Positions 41,839 through 52,289 are shown, counted from the first letter of the stretch. The stretch: 64,000 nucleotides of DNA from Candidatus Heimdallarchaeota archaeon (GCA_021399345.1 JAAFKI010000045.1:1-64000), one strand, 5' to 3'. Made by a program: numbers and translations. Notes: generated by a model from the sequence alone, not told the origin.

Positions 41839-42072
41839 GACAATCTGAAAATCAGGTTTTCCACTTAATTTTGCCTCGGATAAGTTTCGAAAATAAGTCT
41901 TAGTTAAAATGAAGAAGTTTTGTAAAATGTAACGTCGTGAATTTCTAGGTATGTCATTCGCTCGCTTCATTATCCTCAAACAATTATAAACACCTATAAG
42001 CCTTTTTCTTTCACCAGTTACGCACTTATAATTCTTACTCACATCTTGCTAGAAAGTTTATTGTCGGAATCA

Positions 42073-42130
42073 TTTGAAAATTCGAATAATTCGAATGTTA
42101 CGAAAGGTTCAAATATTCGAATAATTCAGA
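42073..42130. repeat. Iterated TTCGAA palindrome array with 8-9-bp period (putative operator/iterons)
   Basis: TTTGAA 42073, TTCGAA 42081, TTCGAA 42090, TACGAA 42099, TTCAAA 42108, TTCGAA 42116, TTCAGA 42125. Confidence 0.75.
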
Positions 42131-42159
42131 TGTTGTCTAGATAATATTTTGTGATCATC

Positions 42160-43383
42160 ATGGATAAATTTGAGAAGCTGGCTTTGGAGGCAATAGAAGA
42201 GAGTAAAAGCAGTTCTTATACTCCTCAAGACCCTTTTGTCTCTTTTGGCTTTGATGCCAACCCGTTTCTTGAAACATCTATAGAAGATCTGCAGAATGAA
42301 GAATGTATTGAATCTCGTTTTAGAATGGTCATTAAATACATCAACAAGGTTCACAATAGCTTTCTTGAAAATCATAATAAAAAGAAAAAAGATTCTGATA
42401 CCGTGATAATGGATGGTGTTTTGTATGGCTCAAGTCAGTCAGGTGTTAGTACATTAATTTCCTTAGTTCATCAATACTTGATAAAAGTTCACAAAGAATT
42501 AGCGAACACTGTTTTCTCAGATGCTAAAGAATTAGTTGAATTTGAAGACAACCAATATTCTATCGCAAAAACAATCCAGAATTTTAGAAATTTCATAGGA
42601 AGTCAGAATACAGGAGGAGATACTATTTCACTACTCATCATAGATCATGCTGATTTCTTAATTGATTTCTTTGAAGACTTCAGATACGCACTAGATAGAG
42701 ATTTTCAGAATACACCCATAGTATTTATTTTCTCTCAAGGTGGTTGGACCCGATTAAAGAATCAGCTTGCGTTTTCTGATTATGATTTAATCAATAGTAT
42801 GGTACCAAGTCAACAAATTAATTCCCTAAATAAAGACGAGATATTCGAGATATTAAGTTTAAAATTAAGCAAGAATAAGCAAATTCAAAATCCTTTCACT
42901 AAAGAAATACTTCAAACAATTTCAAAGAAAGCTAGTGGAAGTCTGTTAAATGCCATAAAAATTTGCACTAAAGTTTGTGAAGAATGTTTCTACAATGGTC
43001 TGGATATCTCTTCTTTGTCCCTAATTAATGACGTCACATCATTTCTAGCCATTGACGTGAACAAGGAGTTCTTTGATCTTGTGACACTTAATGATAATAC
43101 TCAAACATTTATTCTTGCTCTAATTACGATGAAGTCTACAGCTTATGATTTTGGTGTAACGTATGATGACATTGTTAATAATTTAGGGATACAAAAAACT
43201 TCAGCAGCCCACCATTTAAAGCAACTTCAAGAAAGACGGTATGTCATAAAAAGGACAGTGAACAGAAAAGCTTTCTACAGATTGAGAGAGGAACTTAAAA
43301 CCATATCTGATACATACTTAATGAAAAGTTTCGAACAGAAAGAAACTCATGTAAGGCTCGAAAGTATTTCTAATTTGGTTTAA
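42160..43383 (+). CDS. Degenerate AAA+ (Cdc6/ExeA-like) protein with C-terminal ArsR-like wHTH
   Basis: FGFDANPF, Walker A GSSQSGVST (Lys lost), Walker B LLIIDHAD, lid ASGSLLNA; wHTH YDDIVNNLGIQKTSAAHHLKQL. Confidence 0.75.
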   Translation: MDKFEKLALEAIEESKSSSYTPQDPFVSFGFDANPFLETSIEDLQNEECIESRFRMVIKYINKVHNSFLENHNKKKKDSDTVIMDGVLYGSSQSGVSTLISLVHQYLIKVHKELANTVFSDAKELVEFEDNQYSIAKTIQNFRNFIGSQNTGGDTISLLIIDHADFLIDFFEDFRYALDRDFQNTPIVFIFSQGGWTRLKNQLAFSDYDLINSMVPSQQINSLNKDEIFEILSLKLSKNKQIQNPFTKEILQTISKKASGSLLNAIKICTKVCEECFYNGLDISSLSLINDVTSFLAIDVNKEFFDLVTLNDNTQTFILALITMKSTAYDFGVTYDDIVNNLGIQKTSAAHHLKQLQERRYVIKRTVNRKAFYRLREELKTISDTYLMKSFEQKETHVRLESISNLV

Positions 43384-43458
43384 CTGGTTATTCTAAAGTA
43401 TAAGCAATATTAGACTCACTTGTATCACAATTAAAAAATAAGAAAATGGAAGGAGATT

Positions 43459-45093
43459 TTACTCGGATTCTTTTTCCGCTTCTTCTTCATCATACGAAAG
43501 AGGAGGTGTTAGAAGTGCTGTTGATTCAATGAATGTTTTTCCTGCATCGATATTCTGTCGAATGTAACCAAAGTAATCCAATTCAAAGATATACTTGGAT
43601 GCAACTTCCTCAGGTACATTAAGCATTTTAGAAAGTTCTTCTTTAGCTAAAGGTCTCTGGAAATCATTGAGTAAATATAGAACTCTGTATTTAGGATCTG
43701 TATTTAGGAATGCTTCAACTGACTTTAGGGTTTTGTTTAGATTGTCAATTTTCTTTCTTAATTTTTGTATATTGAGTTCATACTGATACTTCTCTTCAGA
43801 AGAAATTGTTCCTTGTTTCTCCATTGTGAGTAAAGTGTTTTTTGTTTCTGTTAATTCTTTAATTGATTCTTCAAGTCTTGCTTTCAAATCTTCTATAGAA
43901 TCTTGTTTTTCCAAAATTTGCTCCTCAACCTTTTCTCTTTCGGTTGCAGTTTTATCAGCGATATCTCTAAGTTCCTTTATCTCAGCTTCTTTTTCAGCAA
44001 ATTGTAACATCATTTCATCAGTGGTTGTCTGTAAGTTATGTGCTTCTTGTTCCTTTGAACTGATATCTTGTTGAAGCTCAACCATAGTTTCAGCAAGTCT
44101 TTCCATATCCTCATCTCTTTGATGAATTTGTTTTCTAAGCTCTTCTACTTGACTTGAATCTTCAGCTTGATCAGCAGCTTGATCTTGAATATCTTCCATC
44201 TGTTTCTTTAATGAATCAATTTGAGATGATTTCTGTTGAATGTCGATTTTTTGATTTCTTACAGTATCTTCATGTTCAGCAATTTGATTTCTAAGATTGA
44301 AAACTGTCTGTCTTGTGCTATCAAGTTGTTTTTGTAGTTCATCGAATAATTGATCCTCTTTGGATAAAGCATCTGAAGACACAGATCTTAAACGTGTTTC
44401 CATCTCTTCAACATGTGTAGACATAGCATCTCTTTCGATTTTTAATCTATTAAATTCAGATTGGAGGTTATTCTTTTCTAGAGATAACTGATGAACGGTT
44501 CTGTCTTTGTCCATTATCACTTGGTCTCTAGCTTCAATTATAGTTTGATCCACGCCCATTGTAGTTGCTTTTTCAGATAGTTCTCCAATGGCTTGGTCTT
44601 TGCTTTTGAGAACTGACTGAATATCTGTCAATTCATTTTGTATAGAGATTGTCTCAGCTTTGAGATTTCCAATTTGATCATTTAATTCATCGATTTTCAA
44701 AGCATCGTCTTGAATTTTCGTTTCATACCCAGGAATTTTTGCAGCTTCAACCCTTAATTTCTCAAGCTCACCAAGCATTTCTTTAGTAATCATTTTCGCA
44801 TCAACATATCCCTGTTCTATACCTTGACGAATCTTACTAGTGCTTTCTGTAACAACCATTAGGTGGATATCCCGTAAAAGACCCACATAACTATCTTTGA
44901 AATTTCGAATAATTTTATCAACTTCGGATACAGAATATTGGGCTTTTCCAGGTGCTAAAGAATTACTTTTAATTTCTTCAGCCCTAGCTTTTACTTGTTC
45001 TTCTGAAGTTGTACGAATAACTCTCATTTCACCTAGAAATTTCTTTACTAGAGAGCGCACAACACCGAAAGGACTTTGCGTTTCTACAGCCAT
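43459..45093 (-). CDS. Long coiled-coil protein with C-terminal wHTH
   Basis: About 350 aa of heptad E/Q/K-rich sequence; tail DPKYRVLYLL...KEELSKML...ELDYFGYI. Confidence 0.75.
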   Translation of the reverse strand: MAVETQSPFGVVRSLVKKFLGEMRVIRTTSEEQVKARAEEIKSNSLAPGKAQYSVSEVDKIIRNFKDSYVGLLRDIHLMVVTESTSKIRQGIEQGYVDAKMITKEMLGELEKLRVEAAKIPGYETKIQDDALKIDELNDQIGNLKAETISIQNELTDIQSVLKSKDQAIGELSEKATTMGVDQTIIEARDQVIMDKDRTVHQLSLEKNNLQSEFNRLKIERDAMSTHVEEMETRLRSVSSDALSKEDQLFDELQKQLDSTRQTVFNLRNQIAEHEDTVRNQKIDIQQKSSQIDSLKKQMEDIQDQAADQAEDSSQVEELRKQIHQRDEDMERLAETMVELQQDISSKEQEAHNLQTTTDEMMLQFAEKEAEIKELRDIADKTATEREKVEEQILEKQDSIEDLKARLEESIKELTETKNTLLTMEKQGTISSEEKYQYELNIQKLRKKIDNLNKTLKSVEAFLNTDPKYRVLYLLNDFQRPLAKEELSKMLNVPEEVASKYIFELDYFGYIRQNIDAGKTFIESTALLTPPLSYDEEEAEKESE

Positions 45094-45191
45094 TTATTTC
45101 AGCTCATAGCTTACCTATACAAATTATTAAGTTAATGATATATATGAGTTTTTCAGTTGTTTTCACTCAAAACATGTCATTAAGTTGATTT

Positions 45192-45869
45192 TCAGTTCAG
45201 ATATAATGGAATGTAAAATAAACCATCTCTTAACTCATCAATTTCTTGAAGAAAGCCTGATAGTTGACTAAAGGGAATTATTGGAATTTCTGAAGAGAAC
45301 TGAATATTATGATCTCGCCAAGAGAGTATTAATGGATAAAGCTTCACTTCCCTCTTTAAAGGTAAAGCAAGTTTTGAAATAAGTTCTTCTGAAACGACAG
45401 GAAATATTTCATAAAGTACTTCTGTTCTTTCCTTTTGCTTAATAGCTGCGTCTTTCATGATAGAGGGCGAAGGATGCCTATAATGTTTGCAATCTATCAA
45501 AAATAAGTAAGGATATTTGAATGCTAGAACATCAATTTCATACTTTGTAAACTCATCCTTAAATCGAAAATTAGACAGAACTGAATAACCTAACTCATCA
45601 AAAAGAGCAGAAATAACATTCTCAAATCCTTTCCAATCAATTAACTCGAGTATGTTTTTCACACTAATACCTTGCATAAGAAGAGAAAGTAGAATTTGAC
45701 CCTTTTCTTCATCTGTGAAATCAATCTTATTGAAGAATTCTTCTAATGAATAATTCAAAGAAGTAAGAAGGGATATACACCCATCTTTTTCCACCGCTTT
45801 AAGATTAGCTACATCTACTTTATTGCGATTGAATATGTGATTCAATATAGTAACGATTGAGCTATCCAT
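45192..45869 (-). CDS. PD-(D/E)xK nuclease, Mrr/NERD-like
   Basis: WKGFENVISALF...EIDVLA...IDCKHY. Confidence 0.75.
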   Translation of the reverse strand: MDSSIVTILNHIFNRNKVDVANLKAVEKDGCISLLTSLNYSLEEFFNKIDFTDEEKGQILLSLLMQGISVKNILELIDWKGFENVISALFDELGYSVLSNFRFKDEFTKYEIDVLAFKYPYLFLIDCKHYRHPSPSIMKDAAIKQKERTEVLYEIFPVVSEELISKLALPLKREVKLYPLILSWRDHNIQFSSEIPIIPFSQLSGFLQEIDELRDGLFYIPLYLN

Positions 45870-45901
45870 TCTCTATTCAACAGAAAATAAAAATGAGATT
45901 A

Positions 45902-46669
45902 TTAAGATTCGCTTTTAGCAGATTTAACTCGATGAATAATTATTTCTCGTGTTAATTGCTCAATTGGCTGAGCAGTTTTTTGAACACTTAAAGGTCTAGC
46001 TCCTTTCTTAAGACGTCCATATTCATCAAGCATTGATTTTATGTCAGGACTTCTCAAAAGAGTCATCAATTCGTTTCTAGCTTGAAGACAAGATGTTTCA
46101 ATTACTCGCATGTAGGCTTCTCCCTTATTAGCTGCAAGTTTCTTTTCAATTAATAAATCAAGAAACTTATCGGTAGGAGTACGCTCTTCAGGAGGAAGAT
46201 CTATCTTATTCAGAACGATTAAGAATGGCAAGGATTTCCCTAAGATATCTCCCTTAAGGGCAATGAGCTCAACAAGGCTTTCTACATTGTCATCCCACAT
46301 ATTTTTGCTAGGATCGAACATAAATATCAATCCGTCAGCACCCTCAAGAACAACTTTTCTTTGAATATAATGTCTTTTCTGACCAGCTACTGTCCAAACT
46401 TGGTATCTTAGCTTTGGAACACTTACACCTTGTCCTTTTGGTAATTCAAAGGTACTTTGATCATAAAAGATTGTTCTACCACTAGGGTCATCTATCTTCT
46501 TTAAGGAAGAATAGATTGTTTCAGGATCTTCAACTTTCCTTAAAACATTATAGACTGTTAACATACTTGTTTTACCTGATAATGAAGGGCCATATATAAC
46601 CAATTTTAGATACGGTACTCCAGAACCATCTACTTTGAAAATATCTTTGATTTTTAAACTGCTTGACAT
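45902..46669 (-). CDS. MglA/Arf-like small GTPase (paralog 2)
   Basis: KLVIYGPSLSGKTS, GRTIFYD, QVWTVAGQ, GADG, NKID. Confidence 0.85.
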   Translation of the reverse strand: MSSSLKIKDIFKVDGSGVPYLKLVIYGPSLSGKTSMLTVYNVLRKVEDPETIYSSLKKIDDPSGRTIFYDQSTFELPKGQGVSVPKLRYQVWTVAGQKRHYIQRKVVLEGADGLIFMFDPSKNMWDDNVESLVELIALKGDILGKSLPFLIVLNKIDLPPEERTPTDKFLDLLIEKKLAANKGEAYMRVIETSCLQARNELMTLLRSPDIKSMLDEYGRLKKGARPLSVQKTAQPIEQLTREIIIHRVKSAKSES

Positions 46670-46840
46670 CGTATATCTAGCCGCCAAGATTTTTACTTAT
46701 TTAGGTTTTTAGGTGCGAATTCTAAAACCTTTTCTTGATTTATATATGTCCTCATTATAATGAAATTCTATTAAACTTTGCTATAATTTCACTATAAACG
46801 ATTATTCTCTAAATTCTGAACCTCAGAGGTATAAAATGGA

Positions 46841-47533
46841 TTATAGACCTTGATTATGTAGATCTAAAAGGCTTTTTTCATCTCTATGAAGGGAAACAGC
46901 TAATTCGGCAACAATTCCATCCAAAAAAGCTAAAGCAGCTTGTTCAAAAGCTGTTCCTTCAGGTGCCAATGTACTATCCAACCCCTGGTCTCTTCTTTCT
47001 AAATCAGATTTAGTTCTACCTTTGAGTTTCACGGTAACATCCCCTAATCGCCCAATAACACTCAAAGGATAACTTGTAATGACTATCACAAACGGATTAT
47101 ATATCAAATAAGTTTCTAACATAGCTTTAACTATAGGAGTTGTTCCAGATCCACTAATTACTATAATGGTATCATCTTCCCTTAAACGAGGGACAGATCT
47201 AGTGTTTGTGATAAAACGGCTTTCAACACCAAAATGCTCTAATCTTGTTTGAAACATCTGACCTACATATGCACTTCTTCCACTTGCTAGAATATAGATT
47301 CTTTTTTTGTTTTGTATATCAACCATTAACCTATCCCTAACTTGTTGAACATACTCATAATGATCAGCCATATGTTTGATATTCTCTTGTAAATTTGATA
47401 CCATCAATTCCATTGCTCTAAAAATAGCTGGTTGCTCGGTGTAACTAGCAAGATTTTTAATTTGCTCATCTGGCATGATAGGCTTCTTATTTTTTGCATT
47501 ATTTTTTTTAACCATTTTCTCACAACTTGCCAC
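46841..47533 (-). CDS. hxlB: SIS-domain 6-phospho-3-hexuloisomerase-like protein
   Basis: SGRSAYVG, ISGSGTT, LAPEGTAFEQ, terminal HN. Confidence 0.75.
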   Translation of the reverse strand: MASCEKMVKKNNAKNKKPIMPDEQIKNLASYTEQPAIFRAMELMVSNLQENIKHMADHYEYVQQVRDRLMVDIQNKKRIYILASGRSAYVGQMFQTRLEHFGVESRFITNTRSVPRLREDDTIIVISGSGTTPIVKAMLETYLIYNPFVIVITSYPLSVIGRLGDVTVKLKGRTKSDLERRDQGLDSTLAPEGTAFEQAALAFLDGIVAELAVSLHRDEKSLLDLHNQGL

Positions 47534-47763
47534 AGGTTAACTCTCAAATGATAACTCAGAAATTATCACTTACTTCTCTTTTAAGAACACTATTGGATAG
47601 TGTTTTTAAATTACTCGGTTTTCTGAAAGAACCTCATTTGTTAATATTGTTTCACTTAAGTAAATAACAGACCCATTATTACTTAATACGATTTTTTTAT
47701 ATAAATCCCAAGAATATAAGAAATAGAGATATAAGGAGGAAAATACGATATTCATCTGATGAT

Positions 47764-50685
47764 ATGAAATTATGGGACAAGTTATGGAAAAGACCAAAAA
47801 TAGTTGCAGCTGCAATATTGTTATTTTGGATTTTACTTGTCTCAATTAATATCAACAAAATATTGAATATTTCCGATTACATAAGTGATGAAGGTAATAA
47901 TCTTTCTACAACTAGTCAATCTGAATCTTCGATTGGTACAGACATTTTATCCACATTTAGTGAAGTAAATAGTTCATTTCAAATTATAGTGAGGAATCCT
48001 AATGGTAGTATAGTTTCGGAATCCATGCATCAGAAGGTAGAAAGTTTAGTATATAATATAACGCATAATCCAAAAATTGGTCCATATTTATCTCCAAGTA
48101 AACCTTATTCTTCGATATATGCTGATGCAGATAATCTTCTCAGAACAATATTAAGTCTTCAATGGTACGCTACTCAATTATCTTTTGCTTCAATTCATTA
48201 TGTTTGGGGGGGTATAGAGTATTTTAGCTTAACTTGGATTGATCAATATAATAGCACAAATAGCACTTCTTTAGCAACAACTGTCACTAAACAATTAACG
48301 ACTAACTATCTTGAAACACTTCTGGATTCGTTTAATGAATCGAGATATTATAGTTTTGTAGATGTTTTTTATGATGAATTGTCAAAGAGTTTTAACTATT
48401 TTGCGAATTTATCCACACCAACTAGTGAAGAAGACGTTTTCAATTTGTTAAGTAACATAATAAAGGCAAATTCTACTTTTATCTCTGAGGTTTCAGCAGA
48501 TACGAGACAAACACAACTTCTTGGGTTACTTTCTGATAATTTCAATTCTAGCGAATGGCAAAATGCAACATATTCCTACGAAAAAATTGCTGAATTTTTA
48601 TTTGACTCAAATAATTCTTTTGAAGTTGATTTTATAAGAGAAGTTTATGATGACGGTAATATTCAAGGATTCATTGATGCTAAAAACAAATATCTTTTAC
48701 CAGTCTTAACAATGGAATCCACAATTCCCCCAATTACTGATGATATAATTCTTACATTTCTAAGGCAATACACAAATTATAAAGAAAATATAGATGATGC
48801 AGATACCACGATTGTAACGTTTAATATGGCACTTAATCATTTGAATGAAGAAGGAAAAGCAGCTTATCTAGAAATACTAGACATTTTACCAACAATAAAA
48901 GAAGAAAATGAACCCTTAGAAATTTATGCAACAGGGATTGATTTATTCATAATTGAGATTTCGCTGGACTATCAAAATCAAGCAAAAAAAACAGATTTGA
49001 TTGTTCTTATTACAATAGTAGTAATTCTTCTGTTAGTTTATAGATCTCCTATCATGCCACTAATTCAACTCTTTGTTCTAGCAATTTCCTTTGGGGTTTC
49101 TCGTCTTCTCTTCATTGGAATAGGATCTTTAACAGGAGGTTTAGATTCAACGAGTCTTATTATCTTGAGTGTAACGCTTCTAGGAGCAACAACTGATTAC
49201 TGTGTATTTCTAATGGGTGATTATCTACTTAATTTAAAGAAAACAAATTCCAAGTATAGCGCTCTTAGAACCACTCTTAGACGCACTTCTAAAAGTATAA
49301 TCATTGCATCAATTTCCTTATCCTTTGGTTTTGGTGGATTAGTTTTGAGCAGCTTTGCTTTAGCAACTGGAATGGGTATAGCAGGCATAATTGGTTTTCT
49401 AACAAGCATGGTTGTTTCCTTAACTTTGGTTCCAGCAATACTTACTCTACTGAATCAAAATATTCTTACCAAGTGGAAAGTTAATTTAAAAATATTTCAG
49501 AAAAGAAAGGGCTCAATTATTAAATATGTAAAAAAAGCAGTTCAAAAACCTAAAAAAGTCTTAATTGTTTTTGTAATCATTAGTTTGGTTGGACTAGGCA
49601 TTTTCATTGCAGTACCAACAGATTATGCTCAAATCTCATCAGCCCCACAATCATATCAATCAAGACAAGGATTGGATGCAATTACTCAACATATGGGAAC
49701 AGAATATATTTCTCAAATTTCTCTTCTTTTCAAGACTACAGACGTGGATCCATTTATTTTCAGTAATAACAGTTTGAATTATAAATCTATAAATGAAGTT
49801 TTAATTATAATTGAAGCAATTAGGATTGAAACGAATATAACGGTTCTTGCAGGGCTAAGTCATCCTTTTGGTAGACCATATTATGAGCATTTACAGAACA
49901 CTTCTTTGTTTGTAGCAGAAGAAATACAGATTCTAATGAAGAATTTTGTTTTTTCCGATGAAACTTATGCTATTGTTTATTGTGGTTCCCAATATATGGA
50001 AGGGGACAAAAGATTAGATGAACAGATTAAAACTATCAGAAAGACAATTTCAGAAATTATTGAACAGAGAGAGCTTACAGAATGGCAAACATATGCAACG
50101 GGCTTTGCACCAGTTCTGTATGATTCCAAAACAGGAATTTCATTTGATTTTAACTTAATTTTCCTATTTGTTTCAGTTACGATTACGTTATTATTATTCT
50201 TATTTTTAAGAAATTTCTTTATGTCTGTAAGGGTTCTAGTAACCATACTCTTGTCTCTAGGAATAAGCTTGGGCTTGTTTAGTTTGTGCGCTTTAATTTT
50301 CTTAGGTGGTTCAATATATTGGATTGTGCCTTTACTAGCATATGCTGTTTTAACTGCATTGGGATTGGATTTTGATGTATTGTTTCTAGGCATTTTCCAA
50401 GATATTTACAAAGATGTTAAAGATTCAAAAGAAGCAATTGTAGAAGCAGTAGATCAAACAATGAACAATATTTCAGTTGCAGGAATAATTATGGCAGCAA
50501 CTTATTTCAGTCTATTATTCACTTCATCTATTCACATGCAACAATTAGGATTAGGCCTGGGAATCGGAATACTGATCGATGTTTTTGTCTCGCGGTTATT
50601 TATTGTTCCTCCAGCTATAGTACTAACTTTCAAAGGGGAGAAAACAAAAAAGAAAAGTAGAAGAGGTACTAAGGATGAAAAATAA
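47764..50685 (+). CDS. MMPL/RND family transporter
   Basis: Two repeats of 1+5 TMs with large loops; GATTDY and GLDFD TM4/TM10-type motifs. Confidence 0.85.
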   Translation: MKLWDKLWKRPKIVAAAILLFWILLVSININKILNISDYISDEGNNLSTTSQSESSIGTDILSTFSEVNSSFQIIVRNPNGSIVSESMHQKVESLVYNITHNPKIGPYLSPSKPYSSIYADADNLLRTILSLQWYATQLSFASIHYVWGGIEYFSLTWIDQYNSTNSTSLATTVTKQLTTNYLETLLDSFNESRYYSFVDVFYDELSKSFNYFANLSTPTSEEDVFNLLSNIIKANSTFISEVSADTRQTQLLGLLSDNFNSSEWQNATYSYEKIAEFLFDSNNSFEVDFIREVYDDGNIQGFIDAKNKYLLPVLTMESTIPPITDDIILTFLRQYTNYKENIDDADTTIVTFNMALNHLNEEGKAAYLEILDILPTIKEENEPLEIYATGIDLFIIEISLDYQNQAKKTDLIVLITIVVILLLVYRSPIMPLIQLFVLAISFGVSRLLFIGIGSLTGGLDSTSLIILSVTLLGATTDYCVFLMGDYLLNLKKTNSKYSALRTTLRRTSKSIIIASISLSFGFGGLVLSSFALATGMGIAGIIGFLTSMVVSLTLVPAILTLLNQNILTKWKVNLKIFQKRKGSIIKYVKKAVQKPKKVLIVFVIISLVGLGIFIAVPTDYAQISSAPQSYQSRQGLDAITQHMGTEYISQISLLFKTTDVDPFIFSNNSLNYKSINEVLIIIEAIRIETNITVLAGLSHPFGRPYYEHLQNTSLFVAEEIQILMKNFVFSDETYAIVYCGSQYMEGDKRLDEQIKTIRKTISEIIEQRELTEWQTYATGFAPVLYDSKTGISFDFNLIFLFVSVTITLLLFLFLRNFFMSVRVLVTILLSLGISLGLFSLCALIFLGGSIYWIVPLLAYAVLTALGLDFDVLFLGIFQDIYKDVKDSKEAIVEAVDQTMNNISVAGIIMAATYFSLLFTSSIHMQQLGLGLGIGILIDVFVSRLFIVPPAIVLTFKGEKTKKKSRRGTKDEK

Positions 50686-52288
50686 CAAATTGGTATCAGT
50701 TTTCTTTGTATTCATACTACTTAGTCTTTCTGTCTCAAGAATAGAAGCTGAACATTCTGAAAATTTTCGAGAAATTAGTTTTGAAGATAAGGGATATCTT
50801 ATTAGTTATAGGATTGCTCAAGGTGAAAATCTAGATAACATGTTTGAAGAATTAGGATTTGATTTACATGGATCATTCTCTAATGGAGTAATGAATGTTT
50901 TACTAAGGGAAAGGTACACAGAATTTAGAGACATATATTATATTGAATCTGATAAATTCATACTAACTCAGGAAACAGTATATTCAATCGAAAGTTACTT
51001 AGTTCTAGAAGAACCTTTAACTGCTGAAATTAACACAGGAAGTGACTTTATAGCAGAGTTCATTGGTTTTAATTTTGAACCAGTAGAATCAGAGATTATA
51101 CATGCTGAACTACCCAAAGAAACAGCTATAATTATACCAAAAATCTTCACTAACATAACTAGACCAAATTTTGGAGCAATGATTAAAGATGCTAATTATT
51201 TTGATTTCTTACCTCTAATTATTGGGGAAGATTTTGATAGATATGAAGCTGAATTTACATCTTTGCTTCTAGATGAATCTTTTTCAGTCAATATTTACAA
51301 TAGAGGAGATGAAGAATTTACAATTTCATTAGATATTAAACTAGAAACTTCCATATCGATGCGTGCAACTTGGAATAAGTATAGTGGTCTGTTAACTGCT
51401 CTCTCTGTTCATCTCATATATGGTGACAAGAGTAGCGTTCTGGTCATCTCACTAGAAAGTTATGAAGAGATTCTCTCCCCATTAGATTCACATTTTATGC
51501 AATTCTTTATTACGAATAGTTCTTCTAGACATGAAATCTACCAACTAAGGAATTCTACTAAAGAACAACTAGAGCTGTGGGATCATTGGATTAACCAATT
51601 GAATCAAACATATGGTCTAAGATATTTATTTTCCAAATCTGGCCTAAATTTCCAAAAAACACTTTATGTATATGACAAACTTCTCGATTCTTATTTCTCA
51701 TCAACGCCAGTTCACGGATCATGGATTGCACAAATCCCTCCTGTCCTCATACCAACATGGGATAAATATTCAGGAATGGCAATACTGGCAGAAAAATTAT
51801 GGGAACAACTACATCAAGTGTTTCACGGGTTTCAATTTACACTTACAGGCGTTACAAGCTCTTTATTTACCATTAGAGAAATAGATTTTCACATTGAGTA
51901 TCAAAAAAGGGATAATCTTCACCACATCCTGTGGGAATTTTCATTTGATTACCAATCAAATAATACCCAAACTGTTGTTCCAAGATTATTTATTCAAGAT
52001 ACAGAAGTCTACATGAATGGATGGTTGGCATATACCGAAGGTGGTCAACTTCAATCATTTTCTCTTGAGTTTCAAGAATTATATCACTCATATTACGACC
52101 CACCTGAATTAGATTTTGGGAATAATTACTACTTTGAATACTATATTGAATCCGTATCAGAAAATATTACTAAACCTGAGTTTGTGAGTATAACTGAAAC
52201 ACCTCACCCATTCCATTTTGAGCAGATAATTTTTTATTGTATTCTTGCTTATTCAATTATTAAGAAAAAACGCAGAAGAAGGAATTGA
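50675..52288 (+). CDS. Secreted protein with C-terminal TM anchor and basic tail
   Basis: Signal peptide MKNNKLVSVFFVFILLSL; ends TPHPF...YSIIKKKRRRRN; overlaps the MMPL stop. Confidence 0.75.
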   Translation: MKNNKLVSVFFVFILLSLSVSRIEAEHSENFREISFEDKGYLISYRIAQGENLDNMFEELGFDLHGSFSNGVMNVLLRERYTEFRDIYYIESDKFILTQETVYSIESYLVLEEPLTAEINTGSDFIAEFIGFNFEPVESEIIHAELPKETAIIIPKIFTNITRPNFGAMIKDANYFDFLPLIIGEDFDRYEAEFTSLLLDESFSVNIYNRGDEEFTISLDIKLETSISMRATWNKYSGLLTALSVHLIYGDKSSVLVISLESYEEILSPLDSHFMQFFITNSSSRHEIYQLRNSTKEQLELWDHWINQLNQTYGLRYLFSKSGLNFQKTLYVYDKLLDSYFSSTPVHGSWIAQIPPVLIPTWDKYSGMAILAEKLWEQLHQVFHGFQFTLTGVTSSLFTIREIDFHIEYQKRDNLHHILWEFSFDYQSNNTQTVVPRLFIQDTEVYMNGWLAYTEGGQLQSFSLEFQELYHSYYDPPELDFGNNYYFEYYIESVSENITKPEFVSITETPHPFHFEQIIFYCILAYSIIKKKRRRRN

Positions 52289-52289
52289 T

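Noticed and set aside
42073-42130. CRISPR array or canonical ORB-type replication origin
   Set aside because: Units are only 6 bp with 2-3-bp spacers; no G-string ORB motif; no cas genes
43459-45093. SMC/Rad50 ATPase
   Set aside because: No Walker A/B or ABC signature; coiled coil and wHTH only
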